Assembly: GCF_008831285.2 (NCBI RefSeq)
Contig: NC_045138.2
Location: 7,936,001 to 8,000,000 of the forward strand
DNA length: 64,000 nt
Reading direction: 5' to 3'
Source of the DNA: Nymphaea colorata
Taxonomy: Eukaryota
Part shown: positions 12,692 to 26,328 of the stretch, in pieces
How the letters are laid out: every line of letters begins with the position of its first letter
How positions within the stretch are numbered: the first letter of the stretch is position 1
Position numbers and translations under genes: made by a program
The notes under the pieces: model-generated
Seen by the model: only the letters and a program-made list of their open reading frames with translations
Databases searched by the model: none
Told to the model about the DNA's origin: nothing

Positions 12692-12751
<60 letters not shown>
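12672..12751. repeat. Compound (CT)n(GT)n(GA)n microsatellite
   Basis: Read directly; lies at the 5' end of the NQR fragment. Confidence 0.9.
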
Positions 12752-12755
<4 letters not shown>

Positions 12756-14176
12756 CCGTTACAAGAAGAAGGACGAAGGAAACATTGCAATCAATGGAAT
12801 TTTAAGGAAATGTGAACTATTTAAGATATGGAAAGATTACCGAAAATGCTCTAAACTCCTACGGAAGTAGATGCCTGTGCTTATTCTTGTTTCTCACAAG
12901 CAAATTTTAAACCAAATCAGCAGTATGCGGTAATGTCCAACAAGTGAATGCAAGACAAGTATTCTTGTAAGAACTTTAGATACCGTTTGATTGCAAATAC
13001 AGATGTCCCTATTACACATGCCCTTAAAACATAAATTAATAAGAAGAATGAGTTTTTGTCCATTTGAACAAGTTATAATTTTGTCTACCGTTTGTTTGCT
13101 CGGATATAAAGATGAATAAACAATATGTTCATATCTTGCTTGACATTTGTTTAATCGCAGAAAAACGTTTAAAATATGTAATAGCTGTTGTGCATATCAC
13201 ACTCTTCAAATTTACAATCAATGAAAGAAAAGTCATGAAAAAACGTTTAAAAAACAAATGAGCCACTAAAAATACAAAATATTTCACTTTTCTCTCTCTA
13301 CACTTACAGATGGCCTAAAATCCACAAACCAAAAAAAAACTAATAAAATATATAGAAAGCAAATGAGAACGAAAATACACAATGTATACATCTCAATTTT
13401 CCTTTTTTTTTTCTCTCTCTCTACACACGCAAGACAACCTAAAATATTCCACCTGGTGGAATATGAACCTAATAAAATATGTAAAAAAAAAAAGTAATCA
13501 AAAGATCAAACTACACATGCATGGACTCACTCTCCCTCTCTCTCTCTACATATAAAACCACCTAAAATCCACAAAGTTTATCTGGATTTTACTTTAAGCA
13601 AATCAGTTTGAAGTTCGAACCTCTCTACCGACCATCAGAATAACATGAAACAGACTTGATATTAATGACGACTAAATTATCGATTCCTGGTGACACCAAT
13701 TAAAAAAAATTAGAAATTCTAATGTATACTTCGACTTGAGATGATCCAGTTAATAAATATCAATAAACAATTTATCACTTATACCGATTTCATCTTAGCT
13801 TGCAAAAAGCATTGGACAGGGAAGCAGCTGAGAATTCCAATTAAGAGCATCACGAATGACTGATGTTGACAAATCTGGATTTCCTATTAAAACTGCTAAA
13901 AAGAAAATGAGGATATGTAAAATATATATATATATATTCGATTAAGGAATCGAATCTGATTAGGCTTTAAGAATGACACCCATTTTATATGATTATTCTA
14001 TAATCCCGTTACGATAAAGACTACATCTAACCCAAACACAATAAAATCTTTGGATGACACAAATATCGAATCAGAAAAAAAAAACACCAGTATCAACAAC
14101 TTAACTTGGAAAAAGCTAAAAATACCACAGAAAAGAATAAAATTAAACAACCAGGAAAAGGAACAGCGTGTCTCAC

Positions 14177-14233
14177 CAAATCAACGTTCTCATTCTTGAT
14201 CTCCTCGAGAGATATCCCTTGATCGTTCCCCAT
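14177..14233 (-). pseudogene. Orphan first coding exon of a plasma-membrane H+-ATPase (AHA/PMA family)
   Basis: ATG...MGNDQGISLEEIKNENVDL then GTGAG donor, the typical short exon 1 of P3A ATPases. The expected exon 2 (ERIPIEEVF..) was not found downstream. Confidence 0.8.
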
Positions 14234-14989
14234 CGTCTCGCTTAATTGGCTCCCTCCTGCGTTGTTTCGAGTCAGAAACTTCAACACTTCACCAGTCCAC
14301 TAAAGCCCAACACTCATACTTCCCCAAAAACAGCGGGGAAAAAGAAAAGCAGATAAAGGGGCGAATTATAAGCAAAATTCTGATGAACCAGTATAAGCAA
14401 AACCACATGAATTGAAAACGCAAGATCAGCAGTCTCAAGAGAGTGCACTAGGAAAGCGATTGTTCCTGTTGACACGCTAGAATCAACTCTTAAACAAGGC
14501 TTCTGGTCCACTAGGAAAGCAGAATGAGAAGATCGATTTGGTGAGGTAAACAATGTTTAAGAGTTATAGTGGAGGTTGCCTTCCTATTTTTTTCTGATTC
14601 TGATCCGGTTATTTCTGTGCAGGCTTTGCTGAAGCTTGTTTCAGACTGTTCCTTGGCAGCCATGAATCCCAGAAACGATCTAGGACGGAATAAGATGATG
14701 AATGACAAGAAACTGAAGCAGAACTTCAACAAAAGATTACCTATTTCCACCATTTGTGGAGCAGATCCACGAGATTATCCGTGAGATTCACACGAACCGT
14801 ATGAACGCAAGGTAAACAAAACAAGAACAGAAAGAAAAGCGATGGTTTTCCACCGTATTGTTCTTCTTTCTCAGGGCCGAGCCCTCAGCGGCTTTCGATG
14901 GCGAGACGTGATCTCGAGAAGCTTCGTGGTCGTCGTTGACAGACCCTCCCTCTCTGCTGCATTCCACTCTTCCTCTCCCGCCCTCCCTC

Positions 14990-15115
14990 GCAGTTGCTCT
15001 GGAGCGCTTAAGTAGGGCGGAGAAGAGAAGAGGCAAGGGAAGATGACATAAGTACATATCATCCGACGGAAGGAAAGATGATGGAAGCCTTCCAGCACAT
15101 GGGGACACGTGGCAG
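14990..15115 (-). promoter_or_regulatory. Putative promoter of the orphan H+-ATPase 5' fragment with ABRE/G-box
   Basis: GGACACGTGGC (Em1a-type ABRE) at 15103-15113. A TATA-like TACTTAAG near 15005-15012 is followed on the minus strand by a GA-rich UTR-like stretch and an intron-like region leading to the ATG at 14233. Confidence 0.45.
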
Positions 15116-16096
15116 CGTCTCCGATCCTCTCTCTCAAGGTTCATTATCCTATCAAGCAGCAGCTGAAGCACCGGCGCCCCTCTCATGGTCATGGCTAATG
15201 TGTTGGCAACCGCCCCGCCAGGCCATACAACTTGACTCTGCACTCTTCACCGCTAACCGACTCTAATAGTTTGGTTGCACTCTTCACCGCTAACCGACCC
15301 TCATACTGGGTGACATATACAAATCCGGTTAATGCCATCCAAGGGTGGGCATCGGGCCGGCTCGGCCCAGCCCAAAACGGCTCGCCGGGCTCGGGCTTGG
15401 GCTCGCCCTGATAGCCTGGGTCTCGGTTCAAGCCCGGCCTGTTTGAAAAGGTTTTGACCAACCTTTTCAAAAATTAAAAAATTAAAAAAGAGAAAAACTT
15501 TTCAAACAAAGAATCGATTATAATAGAAAAAAGGAAATGCGGCTTTTTATATTATTAAAAATGCCCAAGGGTATGATGCACTTTCAAGCTAGGATTAAAT
15601 TTAACTACACTAAATAATATTGATATAAAATTAAATATCACATTGAAATAAACTGAAGGTAAACTATATGCATTTATTTTTAAAATCTAAATCTTTGGGA
15701 TGCATATGTCTCCCGTGATTAAAAATTAAAACTCTATAACTAAAAACACCATAAATTGTTTGCACCATGAGACATCTCAAATGCTGGCATTGCAGCAAAG
15801 TTCATTGCCGTAATATTTTCTTTTTCAAATAACTAAAGATAAACTTGACGACGAGGTTTTCATATTATATCAAGCGGTTTTCATCTCACGGGTACCAATA
15901 GCTTCTTGTGGCGTTTAATTCAAAGTAGGAGACCAGCCTTATTGGTTGGTGGTAGCGAAGCAGTAGTGCGCTCTTCCCATTTACTATTTCTGAACGAGGG
16001 GGTCCAGGAGAAAGAGATAGCGCCGGTGGCCATCTTCATGTTGTTGATTTAAGTTTTCAAAGAGTAATATCACATGTTTTCATGTTGTTGTTGCAT

Positions 16097-16190
16097 TTGA
16101 CTCGAAACGCAAGAGGGAGCCAATTAAGCGAGACGGTGGGGAACGATCAAGGGATATCGCTGGAGGAGATCAAGAATGAGAATGTCGATC
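16097..16190 (+). pseudogene. Second, inverted copy of the H+-ATPase 5' UTR end and exon 1 (ATG changed to GTG, donor lost)
   Basis: tgactcgaaac..gagggagccaattaagcgagacggtggggaacgatcaagggatatcgctggaggagatcaagaatgagaatgtcgat is the reverse-complement match of about 14180-14273. Confidence 0.85.
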
Positions 16191-16547
16191 AGACAAGAAA
16201 TCTCTTGCTCTATACAGTTCCATATGGTTCTCATATTCTAAGACAACTCACCTTTTCTCTCATCATTCCATGTTAAAAACCGGACACTGGATGGGGAAAA
16301 GAGTTGTTTTAACTATTTGAGTTGAGCTTGAGGAAATTCAAGGACGCTTCTTTCTCCCTTAATTTGGGGAGAATTTTAGCAGTAATTATAAACCCTAACT
16401 ATATCCTCACTAAAAAAAAAAAAATTCCTATAATAGTAATGGCTGGTGTTGTAGTTCAACCAATAATGTATCCAACGTGTGCGTGTCGATTTGGTAAAAC
16501 ACGCCGTTCCTTTTTCTTGAATAATCTTCTTATACTGTACTCTAATG

Positions 16548-17831
16548 CAATGTTGTAAGAAGCCTATGCTTCTTACAAAAATAAACTGACTCAAGGCATT
16601 TAAAAAAAAAACTCCTTGAGGCAGGCCTGTGAGGCGCACGTGTCCCTGAAGTGTGCACCTCATTTGCTAGAGGCGTACGCCTCATTTGCGGTACGTTCAA
16701 TGCTTGACGCATAGGCATCATGGATAGTTTAATTTTTTTAATTAAAAAATTTAAAATTAAATAAAAATTGTCAAACTTCACACATAGCCCTAATTAACCA
16801 CGACTGTATCCCTAAATCCCTTATTTTCAATCCAAATCACCTGTGAAATTCAACCACTGCTGCTGCACGCTGTGAAATTGCTGGAGGCTGGAGCTGCTGC
16901 TGTTAGAAGTTTGGAGCCATCACCCAACGTCAGAAATCCTTTGCAGCTGTAAGTCTCTTTGAATCTTTTTCTCTCCATGGATGATATGTTCCTCTTTGAG
17001 TCTCTTTCGCTCTATGGCTGACACCAAACATAGGTCGCCACTTTTCTCTCGCTGTCTCAATCTCTGTCCATGGCTGGCGCTGGCCATGGCTACCCTCTCG
17101 CTCTCTTGCAGCCAAAGTTGTCGCTCTGCGTAGTGCATATGTTGCTGAGTGCAAACGGTGAAGAAATTTTACAATGAAAAGAGAATGGGTTTTCCGCCAA
17201 ACAGCCCCTTCCTTATGGCTTTGTTGCAAAATGGTATATGAATTTGTGTGGTTTGCAAATTAGTACCGATCTTCATATCTTGGGTGTATTTCCTTCTTCT
17301 TTAAACTAGCTCTGTTTTTCCCTCTCTCCGCTTGGATTTTTTTTTTTTGGGGGTTTCAATTAAATTGTTGTATAGTGATTGTGTCTGAACGACGACAGTG
17401 CAGGATATACATTGTCAAGGGCATCAGTTGAGGGAAACTCCGGTGCCTCTTGGTTACCACTGAGCTTGAAATTTATCATTGAAAAGAAATTAAAGAATGT
17501 TGAAGGACGATGCTCTGGTGAAGTTGTTGTTAGTAGTATATGGGATCACTGTGCAAAGTCATTGAGGTTGGCTACTTATGTTTTAAGCCGAAAAGAGTTG
17601 TTTTTAACCATCAATGTAACGTTCAAAATTTTTTTTTTTTTTTGCCTTCTCTTCCCCATTTCTTGTATACGTCGCCCCCTTTCTTGTATACGTCACCAAG
17701 CGTTGGTCGTATTTGAGGGTTGCACGTTTGATGTTGTCTTTCTCTCTTTTGTAGCGTAATTTGTTTATGACATTGTGAAGCTTACGCTTCAATTAACGCC
17801 TCACCTCGCTTTCTTGTCTTTTACAACATTG
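16548..17831. mobile_element. Non-autonomous hAT-like element
   Basis: TIRs caatgttgtaaga and ttttacaacattg; subterminal gaggcg/cgcctc repeats; degenerate 8-bp TSD ctctaatg/ctcaaagg (6 of 8). Confidence 0.65.
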
Positions 17832-18029
17832 CTCAAAGGCACTGGCAGAGCCATAAATGTCAAGATGAGGGACACTAATTCAAAACCTTTTAAGCACTTC
17901 ATGGGCACTAATATAATCATAAGCAAATGATATAGAGATAAATTTACAGGACTGTGTAGGAAGTTGCCCACACAAACGGAACTTGTGGTTCGGCCGCTGC
18001 TTTGAGGAGTAACAATGGTCCACATAGGC

Positions 18030-20390
18030 ATCTAAACCCTAACCCTGTTATTAGTATGTAGATACCGAAGTCTATACCGAAGTTTTTTTCACACCATCTA
18101 GTGAAACTCTTTAAACTTTTTAAGTGTTTCAGACTTTTCTTTAATGAAATAGACCCAAGTATATCTAAAAAAATCATCAATAAATGTGATAAAATACTAC
18201 TTGCCTCCAATTGATGGGTCTAGTACTTTCTCGAATAAATCTGAATGCACAAGCTCGAATGACGTTTTAGCTCTATACTTTGATTCTTTGAATGGCTTTA
18301 TGTGTGTCTTTCCTTATTTGACATCCTAGGCATACTTTGTCTATTTGTACCTCAAGATTTGGTAGGCAAATCAGCTATCTTTTATTTGACATCTCTCGCA
18401 GTTTGCTATATCCAACATGAGCGAGCCTCTCATGATAGATATCTGGAGTGTCATGCTTTCTTGTTTTGTCAATATATCATGTTTCTATTGACAAGATATA
18501 TATTGATTCAACTTTTCTTCTTTTAAATATGGGAGTTCTGCAAACATATACGTTGCTATAAACTTTCACATCATTTGGGTCGAACACTACATAGTGACCT
18601 AAAGCTGTAAGTTGTGGCACAAACAACAAGTTTTTAGTCATTCCTAGAACATGATAAATGTTTCGTAAAATCTGATCTTTACCAAGGCTAGCTACAACCT
18701 CTGCTTCTCTAATATGCGCCTCTAAGAGCTTTGTGTTGTTAGTAGTAACAACAACTCGATTTCCATCATATTCTTTCATATTTATAAACTTGTTCTCACC
18801 ACTAGTCATATGATTTGAGCATTTATAATCAATTATCTAATCAGTTTGATAATTGATCTTCTCTTCTTTTTCTTTTATAGGATTTATATGAGTAAAGTTA
18901 TATCTTTCTAGTTTTATATCCTCTTTAACCTCCATTAAGTACAGAAACGAACTTTTATGTACAGTCATATTAGCTCCTTCATGTTGTTTACTTGTTGTGA
19001 TTGCATTTCCTTCATTTATTTTGACTCTACAGTCACAAGCAAAATGACCCAATTTTTCACATCTAAAAAAAACTTATTTTTTGGTTTCCACTGCTATGTA
19101 GTTTTTCTTATCTTCTTTTTTATATTTTTCTCTTTCTTTTCGTCAATGTTCCTACTTGGAGACCTAGTGAATAGCTTAGCTCACCATCGTGGTCTCTGAC
19201 CCTGACTAAACGAAGCTTCATCATTATTTACTTTGAGTGAAAGTCCAACCATTTGTTTCGCTAATGTTTTTTGATGGATCAAAAAATTCTCTAACTCCAA
19301 CAAAGTTGGTTAAACTAGCCAGCCTTGAAAACCAATTATAAAATTAATAAATTCTGGACGAAGTCCACGAACAAGAATTCTCCGCATACAGGCCTCACTA
19401 ATCTAGACTCAAAGTCAATTTGAGAAATCTCCTTACAAATGTTTTTAACCTTCATAAAATATTTTGCTACCAATATGTTTTCCCAAATGTAGCTAACTCA
19501 TTTTCTAGCAGTTGTTGGCAGACATCATTAGCTCGAGAAAAGAGCACTGAAAAAGCATCTCATGCTTCTTTAAGAGTCTTAGCATCACGTAGATGCTCTA
19601 ATAAACCCTTCTCAATTGTAATTTTTCCTACTTTGATCATCCATTTCTTTTTAGTTTTCTTGTCGACAGGAATATTTGTGTATGATTCCAGTACTGTATC
19701 CCATAATTCCTGTCCTAAAAAATATGACTCTTTGCAAGATTTTCAATAGCCATAATTGCTATTATTAAGCTTTTCAATAATAATTAATGCAACCGCTAAC
19801 GCCGCCATAATTTCAAAATATAATTAGCCCAATTAATCTCATTATTAAACCAGCCCTTAGACTGAACCTCGCTCTGATACCAATTGTAGGCAGAAATGTG
19901 GGCCCCCGATGGAACTTAGATCCAAACCCGAATAATTTATGTGGATAAAAACCGGTAGAGTCTCGACGCCCAAAATAAATCACAATAATAAACTTGACAA
20001 AGAATACTTAATAATAACTAAACAACCAAATGAAAATAGATCACACAATGAGCTAAAGCCAAACAATTGATAATCTCAAAATGTAAACTACTTTATTCAT
20101 CAAAATGAACATTACAAAACAAAACTAAGGAAACTCACCTGAGCTTACGTAGTGAACTTTCACACTCAAGCACTCACTTGAAAAGTGAGCACACAAGATC
20201 ACTCAACTTGATTTTGTTTTTTTTTATACTTTACACAATGGCTAGTCACTCTTATTTATAGAGCTTCTTCTTCATATTTGAACGATTACTACGTCTATTT
20301 GGCAAAGGAGCTATGATGGAATGTGGTTGTAGACCATCAAACATCCAATCTTGGGTCATTATGTGAGTTTTTGTCTTGGTGAAGTCAACA
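18030..20390 (-). mobile_element. Truncated Ty1/copia element (5' LTR, PBS, gag-protease-partial integrase)
   Basis: Reverse PBS gctctgatacca at 19871-19882 next to a putative LTR at 19885-20390 (TG...CA). Minus strand reads gag start (IEKLNNSNY..QELWD), zinc knuckle GHFACDCR, protease-like [48 protein letters not shown]. No RT and no 3' LTR. Confidence 0.82.
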
Positions 20391-20399
20391 AATAATAAA

Positions 20400-22516
20400 T
20401 TAAAACCTAAATTATGAAAGAAAAATATTCGAAAGAATGAAAAAAATGAAAGACTTTAATATGAGAATAATAGGGAGAAAGAGAGAAAGAAAGAGATTTT
20501 GAAAATCACAAAATAAAAGATTTAAAAAGAGCAAGACATATGTATCTTTATAAATACTCATACGTATCAAAGTCCTCATTAGAGATGGTTCTTGCTTTTG
20601 CAAATCTTTTGAAAAACATATTTCAAATATTTGTATATGTGAACATAAAACCATAATTATTTTGTTTCTTATGAGAAAGTCTATTTCCTCCACTATTTGG
20701 TATAGAAGAAAATCAAATACATATAAAATGAGGAGCAACGTAACAAAGCACTCTTTGGGGTTCTTAATCCGGTGATTAAGAGATAAACTAAACGTCAAAA
20801 TAATATGAAGGTGCATTTTAACATATACATATTTGTGAATGATTTTCCTGGGTTGGACAAATCTCAACTTTACAATCAACATAATAATGAATAAAAATTT
20901 CAATCTAAACACTCATTCTTACCATGCATGAGCATCATCTCAAACATAAGCAATGAGTAAAGCAATATAACAAGCATATTTTTAGAATAAATGAAGAAAT
21001 TTGAATTTATTTCACCTTGATCATACTTCTGACGCACTCAAGAGTACTTCTCGATTCTAGATAAGAAATCTTTAGAGTTTTCTTAAACGACATTTAGGAG
21101 GTGGCAATAGGAAATGAGAAACAATGAAAACATGAGGATGACTACATACCTCGAATATGAATGATATTAGGAATGAGTCTCCTCTTTTGAATGATCATAG
21201 GATCGCCTCGGACGAAGCTACATGATGATGAAGGTATCCTCCTAAGAGATCTCCTGGTACTCCCTTGAAAAGTTTGAACTTGGAGAAGCCTGCTCCCAAG
21301 GTTGGAGAATAAGAAAAAGAGAGAAATAAAAAGAGAGCTAGGGGAAACTCTAGATTTTCAAGTGAGGAAGCACTAGAGGTTCTTCAAGAGTTACCTCATG
21401 GTCAATAGAGAAGATTGTCGGGGTATTTATGGAGAGTTTAGAGCCAAAATTAAAAGTTTAAATGTTTTTTAATTTAACAAGATTTTTATGTGAATTCCAA
21501 GTTTTTTTTTTTTTAAATAAGCTTTGACTAAGTGGACTTGGCCATTAGCCCTGCAGATGCCAATTTGGAGTGTAGGCAGGGCTAATGCCCACCCAATGGT
21601 ACCTAAACCACCCCCAATGGGTGGTTTTGACAAGAAAGAGGACCTGCGCTATGCGCAAGCACAAGTTCGGTGGTGCCATGAGTGTGCTTGGTGGTGCCAC
21701 GAGCGTACGCGGTGCATCGTGCATGGTCAGAGAGAGTCACACGTTGAGAAGTGGGCGATGCTCGAGCGCGGGCGAGCCCCATGGCAACGCGCTCGCGCGC
21801 GCACAGCGGTCGAGTGCTCGCGACGTGCACCGAGCAATGCTCAACGTAAGTTTAAAAGAAGAAGGGGGCGAAATTCCCACCTTATTGTCTCGTTTAGACC
21901 AATAAAAGGGAAGCATTGGCCTCTCGGGCTTCCAAGGGGTTCATTCCTAAAATAAAATAAGAAAAAACATAGAAATCATACTTTTAAATGTGTATTTAAA
22001 AAGGGTAAAATGATTTTTATTATAAACAGGGCCGACTCTTTTTTAAGTGATTACGAACTCGTTTTAGATCCGGATTAGGTTTGGTTGGTCGCCGACGCTT
22101 TCTAGTGAGTGGTTTAAACTCAAAGGTACTTTTTTGATAAAAAAAACTAAACAAAGAAAAGGTATGTGCATGCACGGGCGGCGCTTGATAGCATCAAATT
22201 TTGTCATTTTGATCTCAGCTTTGGATTTTAAATTTGAAATTTTTTATTTGAATCTCGACTTTGATTTTGGAACGAATTTGGATCCGAAAATTGGATTTTG
22301 GCTTTGAATCTCACCTCTAAAGTTGGGTTTTGAATTTAAATTTTGTGTTGGGGTTCGGACATGAGTTTAGAGATTCATTTTGGATCAAATGATCATGAAT
22401 TTGTTTTGGGTCTAGGATTGAGCTTAAGGTTTAAAAAATTAAATGTAAATAACTGAGAATTTTGTTTGGATGAAAATAAAATGCACTCTTTTTCTAAAAA
22501 ATTTGGGGTGATAACA
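20400..22516. mobile_element. Probable Ty3/gypsy LTR remnant
   Basis: Ends in aaaatttggggtgataaca, which resembles the GGGGTGTTACA terminus of Tekay/Del LTRs; has a GC-rich core at 21640-21850. No coding domains and the other end was not found. Confidence 0.35.
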
Positions 22517-25500
22517 TTAATATTATACATAAATTATTAAATATCAATGCCATTATTAAATATCATTGCCATTTTTGTGGCATTTATTTAAAAAGTTAAA
22601 GCAGATGAAAATAACTTTTATTAATTAATTGTCCCGTATAGCTGGTTTAGTATTAACGATGTCATGTTGTCTTTGTATATTTTTAATTTTTAAATCAGCC
22701 TGAATTGCAAAAAATTTAGTGCCAAATATTTTCTAGATCTGCGGACGAAATGAACAACCAGTGGCAAAGCGAGAAATTTCGGCCAATGAGGTACAAACCT
22801 GTAAAACCATATGTAATAATGAGATGTTCACCAACATATAGTACTAGACATATTTACATATAAAAGATCTGCAAAAGGTAACACTGTCCCATGGGTCTGC
22901 CATTGGGTATGGTATTGTCACACACTTGTCATTGGTGGGGACATATATTATGGTCCCTCAATAGCATAATAGTCGAAAGCAATGTTACTAAAGTCGGTCT
23001 GAATATCAGTAACAAAATATTTTCTAGGTCCATGGACCAAAAGACAACTAGTGGCAAAGGTAGAAATTTTGAATAATGAGGAACAAATCTATAAAATTGT
23101 AAGTAATGAGGGGAAGTTAGCCAATGAAAGGATTTGCATAAGTTAAGGGTGCACAAGGAGGAAGCCAGAAAATTTTAAAAAAAATTTTAGTCCATCCATG
23201 TTCATAGGGCAATGACACCTACCGAGCCTGCCGGATGCTTACAATAATCTCAACAGTAGCGAAAATTTCCTGCCACATGTTTTTCTAGATCCATAGACCA
23301 CAGAACAGAGAGCCGTCCTTTTCTCCTACATTATTGGTACCAAGTGGGTAGAAATATGGCCAACTGGTACTTTTTGACTTGGGGGTAAATTTTGTGAGAA
23401 ATGAAGTTACATGTGGTAATATCCTCAAGGGGCTGGGCTTGGGTTGATAAGGGGTCAGTTTTAGTTCGACCTCGTGTGACAATCGAGCATGTTTTAACCT
23501 TTAGGATAACCAGAGAGATGGTAGTTACTGGATTCAGGTGTTAAAAGTAGTTTGTAATATGGTTATTGGTTAAAATGGATCAATGAACCTTCCAAGAAAA
23601 ATTGTGGTTGTCTAATTTTTTAATTAGTTTTAAGTATTTTTTAAAATAGGAATAGGGATACAACTAATCAGATTCGGATATCCTGATAAAATGGGATAAG
23701 GAAAAAATTTTATCATGCCATAAAAAATTCAGATCAGGTTCGAATTTTATGAAATGATATCCGAGAATTTCTAGGTTGAAATTTAGTTTGAAATAAATGT
23801 CCAGTTAGATTAGGATTTGGATTCATCTTTGAATTCAGATTTCCTTTAAAATAGCATTTCCAAAATCAAATTTTAACATATCACGCTGTGGTTCAGATTC
23901 AGCCATGTATCAAGTCCGATCCATATCGAATTCGATTGTAAATAGAAAATGGTTGATCTCCATGCTCATAACATGGGAAGTCCTGTTATCAGTTTAATGT
24001 ATAACTTGAGAATATTTATGTCATGTTATAAGGAATTTTTTTCAATACCATTTTTACCCTTACAAAGAAGGTCTTCAATTTAATCATAAGGGCATTTTAA
24101 TATTCTGTAACACATAACATATATCCTGCTCCATGATTAATTAGGGCAGTTTGGCAACATTAACATTTTTTTACCATTTTATGAATCTGTTTTGAAAAAA
24201 AAATGAAGTAGATTTATTTCACACTTTAATTTGTTTTTCATGAATCTACTTTATTTGTTAGGTATTTTTATAAAACCATAACAAAATGTTTCTGTCACCA
24301 AACATCCTTAATTATTGTATGTACGCCTTGGGGAAGAGGCGATTGTGAGTATCCCATTCCACAAAATTGTATTAATGGTAAATTTATCAAAATTTTAAAA
24401 TCAAAAATCATTTAATAAAATATATTCAAAATATTCAATAAAAAAGCACAAATATTGTCGGTGCCTTGGTTCGACCTGGTAATAATTAATAAATATCTTT
24501 AAAATATTCAACAAAGATGATTATCCTAAACGAGACATATAAAAGATGTTTGAGTGGATACCTGTCCAGCCAAAGGCCATCTCAGAAAGAACGAGAGCAC
24601 AGGCAGCGGGCCCCACACTTGTCGTTGTTGAAAGTTTGACGCGTCGGAGTTTTAAGCAGATTTACAACAAATAAAAAAATAAAAAATGAAAAAAAGTTGT
24701 TTGGCATTTGGCATTAAAAAAACTGAAATAATAAAAAAATTGAATCAACATGTTTTTTTGTTTTTAACATTTAAAAAAAAAACGTGTTTTTTTTTAAGTT
24801 TTAAACTGTCATTTAATTTATCATATTTAAAAAAAAATGTTTTCTGTATGACTATGGTTGAAAGATAGGGGCCGTACCAAGTTTATAACCAGTTGATCAT
24901 TTAAAATAAGCCCACCAAACTTACACAACTAGAAAATATCTCATTACTTTTTATCCAGTTCACTCGCAAACTTTCTATTAAAAGACCGATTTTAATTTTG
25001 ATTGACATGAAACATTGCATCGTTTGTACAGGTTGACAATCCTCTTTTTCCTGAACCTCCCTTTCTCAGTCGTGAAACCACTTGTTTAGTCTAGATTTAG
25101 CCCAAAAAACATGGCTAAATCAAAGCCCGTTAAAGCCACCAGATCAGTCTGAGGCCCGGCCGGGCCTTTGACATATCAGTCCTCGGCTTGAGTTCATGGC
25201 CTCTCCCCGGCAGTGGCCAGGAAAAGAAGGCGCTCGATTTGAAAGGCAACCGAAGGCCGAAGGAAGCCTCTGTATTAGTATCTATGGAAACCTGGTTTTC
25301 AAGAGTTGATGGGAAAGGGAGAGGAGACACCTTCTGGCGACCCGCTTACGGAAAAAACTGCCCACCATTAGCGTGGCGTACTAGTTTGGCATACAGAGAG
25401 GTGGGCAGGAGTTGGTAGTTCCAATGGCAGCACCGTCTTCACTGTATTGGGTTTATTCTTATTTTGTTGGAGCTGCAGAATTCGAGTTTGAGGTTCTTTT

Positions 25501-25941
25501 TTAGGACAAAGGAATTCCTGATTACAAATCACTTCTATTGTTGTCTCTGTGCCTTGACTATTCGAAGGCAGTGTGGTAAAAATTCGAAACCACCATCGCC
25601 ATTGTGGCCGCCTCCTATTGTTGTCTCCGTGCCATGACGATTCGAAGGTAGTGCGGTAAAAATTCGAAACCACCATCACCATTGTCGCCGCCTCCCCTGT
25701 TGCCATCAATGTTAAAGTTGAAACAGTCTGACCAAACCCTAACTTAACTTTACCTCTTTTGAAAAAAAAAATATTTTTTTTAGTTACCGGGCTTCTCAAG
25801 CCCTCACGGTATACAATTTCAAGCTCGAGCCTGAGCCCTTACAACACCAGCCCGTTAATCTATTTTTTGATACCAAAGGCCCAGCCTGAGTCGGGCCAAG
25901 TACCGAGTACCTGACGGCAGCTCGGTCCGGTGCCCATGCTT

Positions 25942-26328
25942 AATGCTTACCCTTGACCCAGCCCCAAGCTTTTAGATGAGAGGCAAACCTTTTGCACGAA
26001 GAACTTGTTTATGTGATTTTAGTTGCATCCACCAACCATTGACAGAGCCCGAATATTGTATTTGAGACTTGAGAGGCAATCCTTTTTTCGCAAATTAAAT
26101 ACTATTGTGGGGCAATTGCCGGTATAAGCTCTGAAATGCTTACCCTTGACCCAGCCCCAAGCTTTTAGATGAGAGGCAAACCTTTTGCACGAGGAACTTG
26201 TTTATGTGATTTTCGTTGCATCCACCAACCATTGGCAGAGCCCGAATATTGTATTTGAGACTTGAGAGGCAATCCTTTTTTTGCAAATTAAATATGACTG
26301 TGGGGCAATTGCCTGCACAAGCTCTGAA
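25942..26328 (+). repeat. Tandem duplication, 2 x ~193 bp, about 1 kb upstream of LOX
   Basis: Unit aatgcttacccttgacccagcccc...aagctctga starts at 25942 and again at 26135. Confidence 0.92.

Noticed and set aside
15340..25942. One 10-kb hAT element bounded by GGGCATCGGG-type ends
   Set aside because: The candidate TSDs (atgccatc/atgcttac) match poorly and many partial MITEs of this family are scattered through the window.
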